The position numbers were made by a program, and so were the translations under genes. A DNA stretch of 60,326 nt, the filler included, from Sphacelaria rigidula (lineage: Eukaryota): the NCBI GenBank assembly GCA_964200075.2. It is 6 parts of 6 records of this genome, joined end to end, with 100 filler letters (N's around TTAATTAATTAA, not from the genome) between each part and the next. Parts side by side here need not be neighbours in the genome. Positions count along the whole stretch, not along the records: positions 20,144 to 30,114 come from CAXNAA020007387.1; positions 30,215 to 40,185 come from CAXNAA020007388.1; 4 more parts are not named here. One strand, written 5' to 3'. Every line of letters begins with the position of its first letter. Position 1 is the first letter of the stretch. The notes under the pieces are model-generated. The model did not search any database and was not told the origin of the DNA. It worked only from the letters and a program-made list of their open reading frames with translations. Below, one piece after another: positions 27,333-40,285 of the stretch.

Positions 27333-27964
27333 TGTTCCTTTAGGTATGCTTTATTGACCGCTCATGACTTGACGAGTAGAGAAAAACCTTAGTTATAGCT
27401 GCTTTGAGGATACATCCTCGCAGCTGTAATAAAGGTTCGTCTGGATGGGTTAGTGTCATGAAGATGCATACTAGCCTGCTGTCATGACGCTTCAGGCCCG
27501 TTGTCGAAGCCTGGCTTTCGGTAACATTGGGAATCCCGGTAAACAAGACTGCAGATCTGTTCAGAGTTGGTCGGGTACGGATATGAGCTTGTATATTGGT
27601 AAAAGATGGCGAGATAGATCAGCTGGAACCGATATAGCTCGCCCATCCTCCACGCTATGAACTACTCCTCTATTGCCCTCCAGCAAAAGAAGTCTTACTA
27701 TCGGTGAGACGCATTGGATTTGGTTTGGATTGATTGAGTGGATACTGGAGTTAGAATCAAGATAATCAAGATAATCAAGAGAGAAGTGAAGGACCTATTC
27801 GCGTGAAACCTCGTCTGATATTTGGATACTGAGCAGGTCACACAGTATCTACAAGTTGTAGCAGCCTGACGGTTGTACACTTGCCTGCCAAGCTTGTGCC
27901 TTGGGTTGCAAGCTGTGTCCTTGCATTATACTGCCACTTGCTCTTCATTACATTATCCAGAACA
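27333..27964 (+). repeat. Putative 3' LTR of the Gypsy element
   Basis: Starts TGTTC just after a G-rich tract and ends GAACA (5-bp inverted termini). No second copy in the window to confirm it. Confidence 0.45.
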
Positions 27965-28184
27965 AGACTGAGAATGTCCCGCGGGACATACAAATGTCCC
28001 GCAGGAAATTGGCTTGATGTGTGCTTCTCGGCGTTGTAGATGGGAGTTGCTGATCCCCTCGAGGGTCACTCTCTTTTGTCCCCCAATAATAATTATTTCT
28101 TCTTCATTCATTGTGAACAAGCTGCCGGGACAGGCACCAATCTCCGGACACATTGCCGAGAGAGCTCGAGAGAGAAATACGGCG

Positions 28185-28405
28185 ATAGCCCCCCCCCAGA
28201 ACTAGCCCCAAACATGTCAATAAAAGAATATCCTTCTCCGCATGATAGCTTGTTTCAGAGTGGATGAAGCGCCTCACATGGATGACATTGGCGAAATCGA
28301 GCCCTGGCGTGGGAATTCCCAGCTGCTCGGTATGCTCTGCTTTGTCATCTTGATTCGCATTTAGATTTTGCCTCCTCAAACTAGTCACTTTTCTGGGGGG
28401 GGCTG
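28185..28405. mobile_element. MITE with AGCCCCCCC(C)AGAA TIRs
   Basis: Inverted ends at 28187 and 28404. The body matches 1-160, and the same end motif (GGGGGGGCTATCGTAGAA) occurs at 20170-20190. Confidence 0.6.
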
Positions 28406-28439
28406 ACGCGACATCAATCCAGGTATCATTCAAAACGCC

Positions 28440-30046
28440 GGATGCTTCTCGCATCCAAGCCCCCATCCTCTTTTCACATGTCGAACCGCCACCATCAAGC
28501 TGAGGCGATATATTGGGCGTGTGACGCCCTGAATCACACCGCGACGACGTCCAACCCAGGAAACAGTTCGCCGTACGAATGTGGTACGCTAAGGCAGCGC
28601 CTTCACCACCACACCCGTTCCTTCGTCCGGGCTATTGTCGCTGGGCCCGACCGTCACAGTCGTTCCCCATACGCAAGAGTAGCTTCTACCTCGGGCCCGG
28701 AATCGACCACCCCCGCGATTCATTTCGGATGCTGACGCGGGCAAACAAACTAGTGGAGACAAGCTACGTCACCTGGGAGGCGCCGACGGTCATGGTGGTG
28801 CCGCCGGCACCACTACAGCAGCCAGCTTCGCTGAGGTTGGCGGGAACGTCGGAGCTGGGAGGTACGTCACAGCCGGGAGGAACATTAGAACTGAGAACAA
28901 CTCGGGAGCCGGAAGGGCTGGATGATCTCGCTTCTGCTCCATCGTTTCCATGACCGTTACTGGGGAAATAAATATCTCATCAGCGTCGAGTGACATTTCC
29001 ACCGAGGAGTGCAGACCATGGTGGTGGCGGTAAGCGGGGTTCTCTTGACGATGAAACCTAGTCGGCCCCCGAAACCAAAACTGCTTCTTCAGGCGTTTAT
29101 TTGCCACTGGTGAGTAGTGAGCCGTTCGTCGACGATGACCTCTCAGTCGACGGGAGCATCTCGTCTTCATCAGACGAAAGTGTTCCAGTTCCGACGGCAG
29201 CGCGGACTGCGGCGCTGCAACTCGAGTCAAATCTGGTTAGATCTTGATATGGCGAGAAGCTTGGGTAAATTACAGCGCAAACCCGAGCGCTCAATCAGGA
29301 AGCATCTGGGCTCGTGACCATGTTAGGGCCCGATGAAGGGGGCGAAATAATCGATGGCCTGCTGGCGGTAAAGGAGGATACCCGTAAGCCGGGCGAGCTC
29401 CCTAAATGTCTCGTCAAGGAAGGGGGGCCGAAGCCGTTGTCATCCCCTGCGGTGTGTTCATCACAATATTCGAATGTGTGGATAGAGGCGATGGGGATAA
29501 AGTTCGATGGGCTTATGGCTGCCGGGACGTTTGCGGACGTGACTGACATTACAGAGAGGTGCAACATTGTGGGCGCGAAGTGGGTGTATAAGTGGTAAGG
29601 TGATTGACATGGTATGGTTGACCGGGCGAAAGCTCATGTGGTAGCTGTGGGGTATAGTCAGGTAGAGGGAGTTGATTACTCCGACATATTTGCCCCTACG
29701 GCATCTGCAACGTCAAACACGTCAGTGGCGGCTATGGCACATGAGTTAGACGGGAATATAACGTACTTTAATGTAGCCCGGGCTATCTTTAAGTCGGAGT
29801 TAGACACCGATATCTACTTGCGTCTGCCCCCCGGTTGTGGATCCGTATCTGGTGAGGTAGTCGGCCTTCACAAGGCTTTTTACGGTTTGAAGCAGAGTGG
29901 TCGCGAATGGTGTCAACATACTATTGTCAACCCTGGCGGAGTGTGTTTTCGAGCAATGCTTGGTAGATCCCTGTGTTTTTCGACTGAGGGTTGCTGAAGA
30001 CCTTGTGGTGATGACGGTCGTTCATGTGGACGATAAAATGATAGAA
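28440..30046 (+). mobile_element. Ty1/Copia pol fragment (integrase C-terminus to RT), decayed
   Basis: WACDALNHTAT...SPYEMWY...FYLG...VTWE (integrase end) precedes the RT motifs NIVGAKWVYKW, AKAHVVAVGYSQVEGVDY, IYLRLPPG, FYGLKQSGREW, DPCVF and VHVDD. IN-before-RT order is Copia-type. Contains stops and frameshifts; cut at 30047 by a MITE end. Confidence 0.92.
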
Positions 30047-30257
30047 GAGTCATCCTACGATAGCGGGGGGGGGTATTTTGGGCCATTTGTTGCTCGAAAT
30101 TTTGAGTCAGATCGNNNNNNNNNNNNNNNNNNNNNNNNNNNNNNNNNNNNNNNNNNNNTTAATTAATTAANNNNNNNNNNNNNNNNNNNNNNNNNNNNNN
30201 NNNNNNNNNNNNNNGAATGAGTACGCCCCCCCCCCTCCCCCTCCTTCCTCTCCCCAG

Positions 30258-33200
30258 GCGCCAATTTTGTTGAGGGTACTGCTGGACTCTATCTTACCGA
30301 AAAAAGCTGATGAGAACAAAAAGTCAGCCGACGATCGACGGCGACCAACGGAAGCCGAACGAGGGTGGTGCTTTGAGCTAGCGAGCGCCGTTCTGGACCT
30401 GTTGGTAGAACATATCCGTTCCCCTCACAGCGCAGAGCTGTGGCTCGAGCTGCACTACGGTCTCGGTACGGCGGCGGCGCGGTACCGGGCATCATTGCTC
30501 ACGGGCCCGACAGCTGTCGCCGCCGGAAGCGCTGGTGGGATCTGTCATGAGAGCGCTGAATGTGCAGCGGTGCGGCGTACGGCAGATTTGCTGTCGCAGG
30601 CCGTGGGTCACATGGGGGGTATCCTCCTTCGAGAAGAAGCTGTTGGTGTGAAGCAGGCTGCTCTACTCGCCGAAGTGCTGGCAGACTTGACTGCCCCTGA
30701 ATTGTTCTGGGGAGAAGGCACGTCTCCCGGCTGCAGGACGGCGGTGGTTGAACTTCTGGCCGTTGCTCTATGCGCTCTGCACAGGCATCAACGGTTCGTG
30801 AAGGCGGTACCGCGCGTTATCCGAGCGGTCGTCGCCCCTCCGACAGCTGATGATGGCGCTGGTCGAAAATTTAGCCTCGTGCACGACTCGGTTGACACCC
30901 ACCCGGCGTTGGTGCTAGCGAGGTCTCTGTTGGGCGGGGTCGGTGCGGAACGGACGGTGAACAAGCCGCCGCCTATGCGCGTGACACGCCTCGTAGCCCT
31001 GCCCCCCCTGCTGGAAGCCTGCGCTGGCCCGCTGTTTGATAGGGCGGATGTTGCTTTGGAGATATTGATGCGCGTGATTCATGGGACGGGTTTAGGGTTG
31101 GTATTTGCTGGAGACCGGGTGAGCGTCGATGTGGGCGGACGCAAAGATAGTGGCGAGGATATGGATGAGGGGGAGGAAAAAGAGATAATGGACAGCGCGG
31201 AGGACCGCATGGGTGCATTGGCCACCGTGAAAGCGGGTTCCGGCATCGCGGATTTGCCGATTGGCGTCGCCACGGGTGCAAAGGTGCGTCTGGTGTTTTC
31301 ATTATGTGCGATGCAGTGGATGGCCCCATGACGGCACTGCACATCCCGACGTCACCGATTGTTTGGTGTTATTTTTTGTTATAATTATTTTTTGTTTGTC
31401 GCCCTTTGAACACCCCCCCCCCCTTCCTCGGGATAAATCCCTGGTCTCAAAGGAGTAACCCATTTCTCCCCGGTGCCATGTACTGGATATGTCAAGTTTT
31501 CGAGGCAAGTTAGGTTTTTATGCACGTTTGATCGTGTTCATTGAAGATTTTGTGCTTGTCTGACCCTGTCTAATAACAGTTCCGAAAAAGTATATTCCGC
31601 GTGGGCGGCTACGTCCAAGGTATTTGCGTGATCCGTCAATACGTAATGCACCTTCTGCGTTAAGGTAGTAGTTTTGTCTGACAGCGGTAAATCCGTGTAG
31701 AGGGCCGCTCACTGCAGTGCATACTACACCGGGTGTGTCAAGTCTCTCCTTCACGCTTTGTAGCAGCGGCAAATTATTGTAAGAGATTCGGATTCGCGTG
31801 CTATGAATAATGTGGCTGATGTTATTGCGAGCAGGGTGACTCGGTATCTCCACCTGCTGTTGCTTTGGCCATGCCACCGTTGTTTTTGCTCAACTCTAAC
31901 ATGTTTTCGTCGATCACCCGTGATTGTCGTCGCAGTTGTTGGACATGTGCTGTGCTACCATCAAGGCCGCGGTGTCATCGCTGAGGGATGTGAACGTGAG
32001 GTGGGTGTGTGTGTGGGGTGTACTCATGATATTACATGCCGTAGTCATATGACCGTTGACCTCGCATACCTTCAAAATCGGGACGGAGCACGCCGGATTT
32101 TCGCCGGACCGGGCTTGGTAGGTGAGGGTGGATAAAGTGGAAATCCGATCGAAGGGTCCTGGCAGTTGGCAGCAGTCCCAGTACCAACATCGGCTGTTTC
32201 CGGCAATATACTTTCACGAGCAACTTCCCTCCCCGCCCTAATGATGCCTGACTACAATAAACGTCGAAACGTCGTCTGTATGTCGCTGCTTTTGTACGTA
32301 CGTTTCATCCATGCTGCACTCATAACCCAACTTACTGCCACCACGCCGCATAGAACTCAAGAAGCCCAATTTCGGACAAGCGATCGGAATACGACGTTGA
32401 CCGTATCCTCAACCTAAATATTTGGGCTCGACGGAGTTCTGATGCCATGATTTCTGCTTGTTGTCAATTTATGCTCCCTATACACCACCATCAGCCGATC
32501 ATGATCACTCCTTGGCCTTTCACCCCCAATTGCATGCTCGTCCCCAGTCGTTGTTGGCTCTCACATTGCCTATTCCACCTCCCCGCCCCACAATCCCTCT
32601 GCCCGCCTCGCTGCCGCCGACGGCAGTCAAGCGGGCCCCCGCTCCTTTACCGAAGAAGTATCAAGGACGATTGCTGCCCTACGCTGCCTCCCATGTCTCG
32701 TGGGGAGTTTTGCCATCACGGAAGATGCTCGGCGGGAGGCGGTGGGATCGGCGCTCACCGTTGTTGACGGACTCCTGACAGCTCTTTCCCCGGCTTCGAA
32801 AGTTGGTGATGAAACGGCTGGGGTTGTAGCCGTGGAGAATTGCACCTCAGCCAAGGGAGCCCACAGATCACCCACGATCGGCAAGCAAGGTCGAAGCAAA
32901 CGACGCAAGAAGGGATTGAAGGCTGCAGTCGTTGTTGACGATAAGAAGGCCGAGGCAGAGGCTGGCGGTGATCGTGCAGGTGAAGACCTTCCGTGGGGAA
33001 GCCAAGGAGAAGCTGTCGTGGCAAGGGCGTACGCTTTGGAGGCCGCGGTGGGATTGTGTTGTCTCTTGCCGGCGGCGCGAGGGGCGGATGGGGAAGACGA
33101 TGGTATCGCGTGCGGCGGGATTATAGCGAGGCTGGTTGAATGGCATGAAAGGTGAGCGTTCCACTTTTCGTGCGTCCCTGGCTGTTGTACCTATGCCTGC

Positions 33201-36200
33201 AAACTTTGACAGCCGAGGCCTGCGTTTGAGTTGGAGGATATGTCCATAACGGGGTTGTGTAGCTGGTATTTCATAGCTTGTATCTTTCATAGATTGTTGT
33301 CGGAGGATCCCCGCTGAACTGTCGAGACGCGCCCCAGCGTTCGCAGTGGGCGTAGAGGCCTTCACGTGGAACCACAGCTCGAATCGTATTTGCACGACCA
33401 TTATTATTCATATGGAGAGCATCAACCACATTGGACGAAGACACCCTAACCGTGCCAAGTCAATGCAACACTCATGTTTTCATTTCCGTCTTCCGGCAAT
33501 CTCCTCGCTGTCCTCATAGGGCAATGTCCTGGCTACGGGCCGAACCAACGTCGATCGCAACGCTGCGTGCCGTGGCAGCCCTTCTCCGCGCAATCCGCGA
33601 GGCAGCCTCGTCCACCCCCACGACGACCACCAATACCAAACCTTCCCCTCACCTCTCGGCCGAAGCATCGCTGTCCGTCCTTACCCTCCTTGAACCGAAC
33701 CTAGCGTCGCCTTGCCACCTGCTGCGGTTGTCCACTGTACGCGTCCTGGCGCGGTATGACCCGCTACCGTTCAGCAGTGACAGTGCGGCACTCCCCACCA
33801 TTGAGCGGCAGCAGCGACAGCATCAAGAGATAGCCTGCGATTTTCTCGAAGTCGCAGAGGCGCTGGAGACCCTCCCGATCTCGCTCGCCGCCGAGCGAGA
33901 CATAATGTGGCGGCTGGGTCAGCTGGAGGTAATGGGCAGGGGCGGGCGGCTGCCGCGGCCTTACGTGAGTCTTATGGCTACCCATGCACTGGGCTTACTG
34001 CGCGTGAAATTCTCTGGGGTGTGGCCCAGAGCGACGGCGATAATCTCAACGTTGTGCCAGCGGCCACAGCAGCGGCAGCTGGCGTGGGAATCCGTGTACA
34101 CGGCCCTGCGAAAGGTGATGCCACCGCCTGCAACGCGACATATCCACCAGCAATCTTCTTCCGCATCGGGTCAAACGCCGGTAACGCCACACATCGAGCG
34201 AGAGCAGGCGGATGGCGGCCGCGGGGGAGAGATGACAACGGCGGCGGCGGCAGCAGTCGCGACTAAGGCCGTGATAGAAGGACAGTCAGGCCTGCGCAAA
34301 TTCGTACCACCTCCGCAGCCGTGGGTGTCGCGGCTGCTGCCACACGCGGCGGTGCTGGATGCGGGACCGACGGAGGAAGTGGACTTGCCGGTTGCTCTGC
34401 AGGGGGTGTTTTTGGATGAGTCTGTGAAAGCTGGGCTCGAACCGGAGTCTGGTGAGGTGCCGCTGTGGGCGAGTACTGACGACGACGCTGCATTCACGCA
34501 GGTTCGTTGTGCTTGCAAGTGTCACCAATAACTTTTAGGTTTAGTAGAGGGTTATTCTGTGTGTATGTTGAAAATACTTGGAGTTTGGTCGTTGCTGGAT
34601 ATCGGTCGGTCGATGAACTTGTTGGCGCATTTGTACGAGTAGTTGCCTGAGATGAACCATGAACACAAATCTCGGTGACTTGCGATTATACTCCTCTGCC
34701 AAAAGGGCGCTGGGGCACCAACTCCGTACAAGCATTCGGACAAGCATGGTTTTGTATCACCATTGCTACATACAATTTTATTCAAACTTTCTACTTTCGT
34801 CCTCCCTACCCTCCCCCAGTCCGGTCCGTCTCGAAAGGTATACGTGGTCAATGGTCGAACGACTAAGGCAAGCAATGAATTAGTATGCCCTCCCTGAAAG
34901 AAGAAAGAGATATACCAGTCGTCGAGAGGACGAGGAAGTAGATGGACAGAACTGCTCCTGTGGTAGAGCAAAAGAGAGCAGAAGTCACATAGTGGCAGAA
35001 TGTGAACTAAACAAGGAGGAGCGGGACGTGCTAGAGGGGAAATTGCGGGACGTGAACGAAGGTAGGATGAAATCGCTTGATGCATTAGACAGTAGGGAGA
35101 AAACGATTATTATACTAGGATATAGCTGGGGGCCACAGACGGCGGAACAGGACGGGGATAAGATATGTAAAAGGTTTTTGTGTAATGTATAGAAAAAACG
35201 TAATGAGCACCTGAATGTTGGAAGTGTCTCTATTAGGAGTAGGAACGGTGCTCCGTCTCGAAAGGGATGCGTGGTCAATGATCAAACGACCAAGGCAAGC
35301 AGCAACTGAGTACGCCCACACCCCCCGCGCCCCCCCCTGTCCGCTTCGAACCTATGTTTTCTCTNNNNNNNNNNCCACTCGATGCCTTGTCAAAGCTCTA
35401 CCGACCAGTGCAAGCATTAAGTGTGATAACGTCCCCCCCCCCCTCCCCCCCTCCTATCTATTTCGTCTATTTGTTCTCGTAGGTATGGGGGGTACTTTCG
35501 CAGTGCCATGAGCTCCTTCAGCAGCACAGCCGCACTATTGTCCCCCTCTTCATGGGCTTCATGCAATACCAGTATCTGGGATCAAGAGCGTTCCCTGACG
35601 ATCCAGAAACGCGCGCGGTGGAAATTGAAGGCCATCTAACGGCCGCTGAGCGAGCGAGCGCGGGGCCGGGAGGATGGGCTCCGATTCGTAGACAGAGAAT
35701 CGCTGCCATCGCCGAGGGCGATGGCGGCGGAAGTGTCGAGAAGAAGGAAGGAGACGATAGCGGAAGGACGGCGGATCGGCGGAGCGTTCGAGTACGCCTT
35801 GCTGCGCTGCTGGCGGTTTTCGCTGAAGCGTCGGGCCCAAAGAGTCTTTACAAGCAGCGCGTGCTGTTTAGAGTGTATCGAGCGCTCCTCGTGATGCCGG
35901 ACACGAAGATCGCGCGGTTGGCCCTGCGGTGCATGCTGTCCTATAAGCCGGCGTTCATGACTCCATACAAGGTGAGAAGCTGGGGCGATCGGGGAACGCG
36001 CGGGCGGCCGAAACAGCATGTGTACTGCCTTCGGCATTCCGTCTGATATTGATGCTGTGTTACTCGCTGGATTCCGGCTTTCGCCTGCTACGGTGTTTGT
36101 ACTGTAGTCCCTTTTTCATTCCAAAGAAATATGGTGGGTAGCGTGGAGGAAGATAGTGAGTGAGTGCCGACGCACTTTGGAGGCGAATCACTGCCAGACC

Positions 36201-39200
36201 AAAACGCTTCTTGTGTTCAATTGACCATGTTGGGCTTAGATGTGTTGCACCTCGCCCTGTACGCATTAGGAGTTGCCGCAACTTCATGTGTGCAGGGAAC
36301 GCCTATCGGCCCGTGTGATGTAGCTTGGTCCAATGGTGATCACCTGCCGAAAACGCGTATCTCTGTCCGGCGGAATCATAGGCGCATCTAGAAGGACTCA
36401 TGGACGACGAAGCGTTCCGGGACGAGCTGGTTATCTTCTCGCTCGAGGGGGAGAGCAATGGAGAGGACAGCGGTAGCGCGATCACCCGAATAACTGCTCC
36501 CGATAGCGATAGGCGCGCGTCCGACGGACTCACAATAGATGCCCTTCACCGCCCGCGCCTCCTGCCTCTTGTGATCCGCCTGGTCTACGGCCGACTTGCC
36601 GGCTCGGGGTCTCGGGGCCGAGCTGGTGGCCACGGGGGGCCGGCCGCACGGCGCGCCGCGGTGCTTGCCTTCCTCTCGGGTCTGCACCCAGAGGAGCTGG
36701 CAGAGCTGTTCGCCTTGATGGTCCGGCCGTTCTTGGCGCCTGACGTGAAGCCAGCGCTTGAGCAGAGGTCGGAAGTTGAAAACACGGACGGCAGCGTGGA
36801 AAAGGTAGACGACGGGCCCGCGGACTGGGACGAGACTAGCGGTGGAGCAGAGCAGGCGCGGACGGTGTTGTCTCGCGTGGCCGGAGTGACGGTAGAGCAT
36901 CTCGGTGGCGTGTCTGCGTCGCGGCAGGCGGGGTTCTTGAAGATGGTGAAGGAGGTCGCGAAGCAGCTAGGGCAGCGGGCGTTGCCGTACGTTGACTGCG
37001 TGCTTCGGTTGGTGTTGGCCTTGCTGGAGCACTCAAATGTCGTGGCCGAGTTCGAGAGGCAATCCCGCAGCATACAACGTCGAGAAGAGGGCGAGGAGGA
37101 AGGAATGCGCACCATCGACGAAGGCGAAGGCGAAGATGAAGGGGATGCCGATGATGTCGAGGGAGAGGAAGGAATGGGAGTGGACGAGGACTCAGTTTCG
37201 CCATCGGCGTCGATGAGCACGGAAGCCGCCTCAACACCTCCAGCCGATGCATCATCTCTCTCCAGGAGACGTATGGCCTCGGGGACACTCCGCACGTTGT
37301 GTCTACGAGCTATGTCCGAGCTGTTCTCGCAATTTTCGTCTACCTTCGACTTCCATTCGCGCCAGGATATGTTGTGGCCGCCCCTCGCGGACCCTATCGC
37401 GCGCCTCCCCGGCTCCACTGTCGGCGCCGTGAGGGCGCCAGCGCTCCTAGCCCTCGCAGGTACTATAACGGAAAGCGAGAGTCTCCTGCCGATGCTTTCC
37501 GCCTCTTCGGGAGCAGGGGGCGGATCCCTTGTACCAGCGGTGTTGGACTGTATCTCGGCGGGCAGCGGGGGAGGTCGAGCCGCCGGTCCCGCCGTGGTGG
37601 GAGCGGCGCTGACCGTCGTGGAACGGCTACTGACGTACGACGGTGGTTCGTTGCTTGGTCCTCACCTCAACCGTCTCATTTCCAATTTTACGGCGCGCTT
37701 GAGCGTGATCGGGACATCAGGGAAGGGCCAGGGCGGCGCCGGCGGACTAGACGCTCACCTGGAACAAACGCTCACGATATTGGCCCGCATCGCGGAGATG
37801 GCCACGTCTGGAACGTTCGGGAGCGGTGGCAAAGGCAGCAACGGTGATGTCGTAGACGCGTCTTCCATGTCGCAGTTGGTTACTTTGCTGATGCCCGCCC
37901 TTCAGCCGGATCGGCGGGCGTCCGATGAGGCCAAATCCTCCGTCCTGCGCACCATCACGGCCTTGGCACGTCGAGTAGACGCCGCCGGCGCCCGCCGCGC
38001 ATGGCCGGCTCTGTCCCGTCTTCTGGGGCCTGCGGGAGCGCGACCCTCAGGTATGGCGGCAGCAGGCCCACGATCCGAGCTCGTCCACGCGTTGGAGGCA
38101 CTCGCCAGTAGGCCCGATCTTGCGGCCTCAGCTGGACCGGCGGCGGCGCTGGTGGCCGAGCTCAACGCGCGTGATCCGGTGACGCTAGACGAGCCGGACT
38201 TCACGCGCGCCGTTCCAGCGTACAACTCCTTATCGGAGGGGTCTGGGTGGCGGGATGTTATTGTCGCCGGTGGGATCCCCGGAGAGGCGGGGGCCGGTGG
38301 AGCGGAAGGCATCGTCTCGCTAGGCGGCGCGCTTGCCGCGACCCCGATCGCACAGCACTGCTTTCATGCGATGCACGAGCAGGAGGTTGCCGTAAGAGGT
38401 GCTGCGGCAGCAGCACTCAAGAGGCTGGTGCGTGAGGTTCGGGTGCGAGAGCAGGCTTCTGCAGCGTCAGCGGGAGGCGAGCGGTGTCCTTGGGAAGGGT
38501 TGATGCGAACCGTGGTCATGCCTGGGCTTCGTGCGGGTATGGCATGCAGGATGGAGATGGTACGAAAGGGTTACATCTCGCTCTTGCGAGAGACGGTTGC
38601 AGCCTACCAGAACGATGATCGTGTGCCCGCAGCCGTTGCTTCTGCGGATGATGGAGATGAAGATATGGCAGAGGCATCGAATGTGATGAGTTCGGATGCG
38701 ACGGACGTTGGCTCGGCGTCCGTTGTCCCCGCTGACTTGTGGGCGCTGGCGCGGGACGAAGATCCAGAATCCGACTTTTTCCTGAACGCCTGCCACATGC
38801 AGGTGCATCGTCGAGCACGAGCGCTCGCGAAGGCGAGAAAAGCAATCGAGGACAGTGAAGCAACGGCGGTGACCGGATTGGATGGCGGACTGACGGTAGA
38901 CAAGAAAGACGAGGCCGACACGCGAGTGCCGGTGCCGGGATCATGTCCTTTCCGCGTCTCAACACTCGTGCACTTCGTGCTTCCTCTGGCGCTTCACCCG
39001 CTGTACGAGGCGGCTAAAGTGTCGGAAGCCGGGCTGGTGGATCAAGCGGTACAACTGACTGGAGCGATCGCGCGACACCTGCCCTGGACACACTACAACG
39101 CCGCCCTGCGTAACCTCATTCAGCAGGTGGCCTCCGGCGGCAGCGAGGCCGATGGCCCCGAGAAAGAGCGGGCCATGATAAGCACTATATGCGAAATCCT

Positions 39201-39729
39201 GAGCGGCTTCCATTTCCCACTGAATCCCCCGACCGCGACCACCTCCGTCCCTCCCGAGGCAACCGGGGTAGTAGTCAGCGCAGGTACTGCGCCAGCAGTT
39301 GACGATAAGGCGGTGTCAACTGCTACTACTGCTGTCGACGGAGCTATTACCACACCCGTGGCAATGTCGGCGCCTACGGTTTCTGCGGCGGAGGCGAAGG
39401 GTGCCGCGGAAGCTTCGGGGAGCGCGGCGGCGGGCGACGCGGTCTGGCGCGCTGTGAACGGACGGCTGATGGGATCCCTCCGCGGCATATTGACAAAGGC
39501 GGTCAAGTCCAAGTCGGGGGGTACGGAGAAGGTGCTGCGTGCGCCGGTGGCGCTGGGAATGCTGAGCCTCGTGCGGAGGTTACCGTTGGAGGAGTATGCG
39601 CTGCAGCTGCAGCCGCTGATCATGGCGGTCTGCCAAAGTTTGAAGTCGAGGGATTCGCACGCGCGTGACACCGGTCGGGATACGCTGGCTAAAATGGCCC
39701 GAGAATTGGGACCGGACTATTTGCAACAA
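30258..39729 (+). CDS. UTP20: U3 snoRNA-associated protein 20 (SSU processome HEAT-repeat protein), internal part (exons 30258-31283, 31936-32000, 32627-33151, 33520-34501, 35483-35971, 36382-39729)
   Basis: Phase-compatible GT-AG exons encode a long helical protein. UTP20-like motifs: PYK|AHLEGLMDDEAFRDEL, HRPRLLPLVIRLVYGRL, RRAAVLAFL, DPESDFFLNACHMQVHRRARAL, LPWTHY, LKSRDSHARDTGRDTL. Confidence 0.9.
34823..34895 (+). mobile_element. Short 3' fragment of the same LINE
   Basis: tccgtctcgaaagg...gtggtcaatggtc...aaggcaagcaa...agtatgccc. Confidence 0.7.
34897..35330 (+). mobile_element. 5'-truncated LINE, ORF2 C-terminus with CCHC zinc knuckle; longest copy of the C-run-associated family
   Basis: Translates to NCSCGRAKESRSHIVAEC (C-x-C-x8-H-x4-C)...GAPSRKGCVVNDQTTKASSN-stop, then GTACG and a C-rich tract. 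Confidence 0.8.
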
Positions 39730-40285
39730 GTGAGTGACGTAGCTGTACTTCTAAAAGGCCAGCCAAGTTATTGGGGCCTTGCGTGTAGATAGTGTAGAAT
39801 AGTACTCAATGGGCAAAAAGGGCTCGCTGAATGCGGTATCTGGGTGGGTGAGATTCCTCAAACTCGATGGACACAACTTTCCGGAGGGTTCACGGAGAAT
39901 CTAGTTTGACTTTTATCGCGATGTCGACGTACGCCGCCATGAGGGCTGCTTTGGTCTTGTAAGATACCATGGTTAGGATGAATCATCACGATTAAGAATA
40001 ACCAAATCCACGATTTCTTCGGCCTGATTGCCCAAAAGGAAAAAAAAAGTTGACCGCTGGTCCAAGGGGCATCCACGCAACTTTTGCGCCATTTCATGTG
40101 TCTGGGCTGCTTGTACCTGGGTTGCAACGCTGAAAACAAAGCCTGGGGATTGATTCGTACGAGTCGAATCAATCATACTAAAACCNNNNNNNNNNNNNNN
40201 NNNNNNNNNNNNNNNNNNNNNNNNNNNNNTTAATTAATTAANNNNNNNNNNNNNNNNNNNNNNNNNNNNNNNNNNNNNNNNNNNN

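Larger units (their letters stand above)
20250..27964 (+). mobile_element. Ty3/Gypsy LTR retrotransposon (chromodomain-bearing), decayed; 5' LTR not seen
   Basis: Domain order PR-RT-RH-IN. G-rich tract at about 27280-27330 is followed by a TGTTC...GAACA bounded segment (putative 3' LTR). The 5' boundary is approximate. Confidence 0.92.

Noticed and set aside
36585-39671. Long antisense ORFs over UTP20 and over Gypsy pol
   Set aside because: Shadow ORFs caused by GC-rich codon usage on the coding strand.
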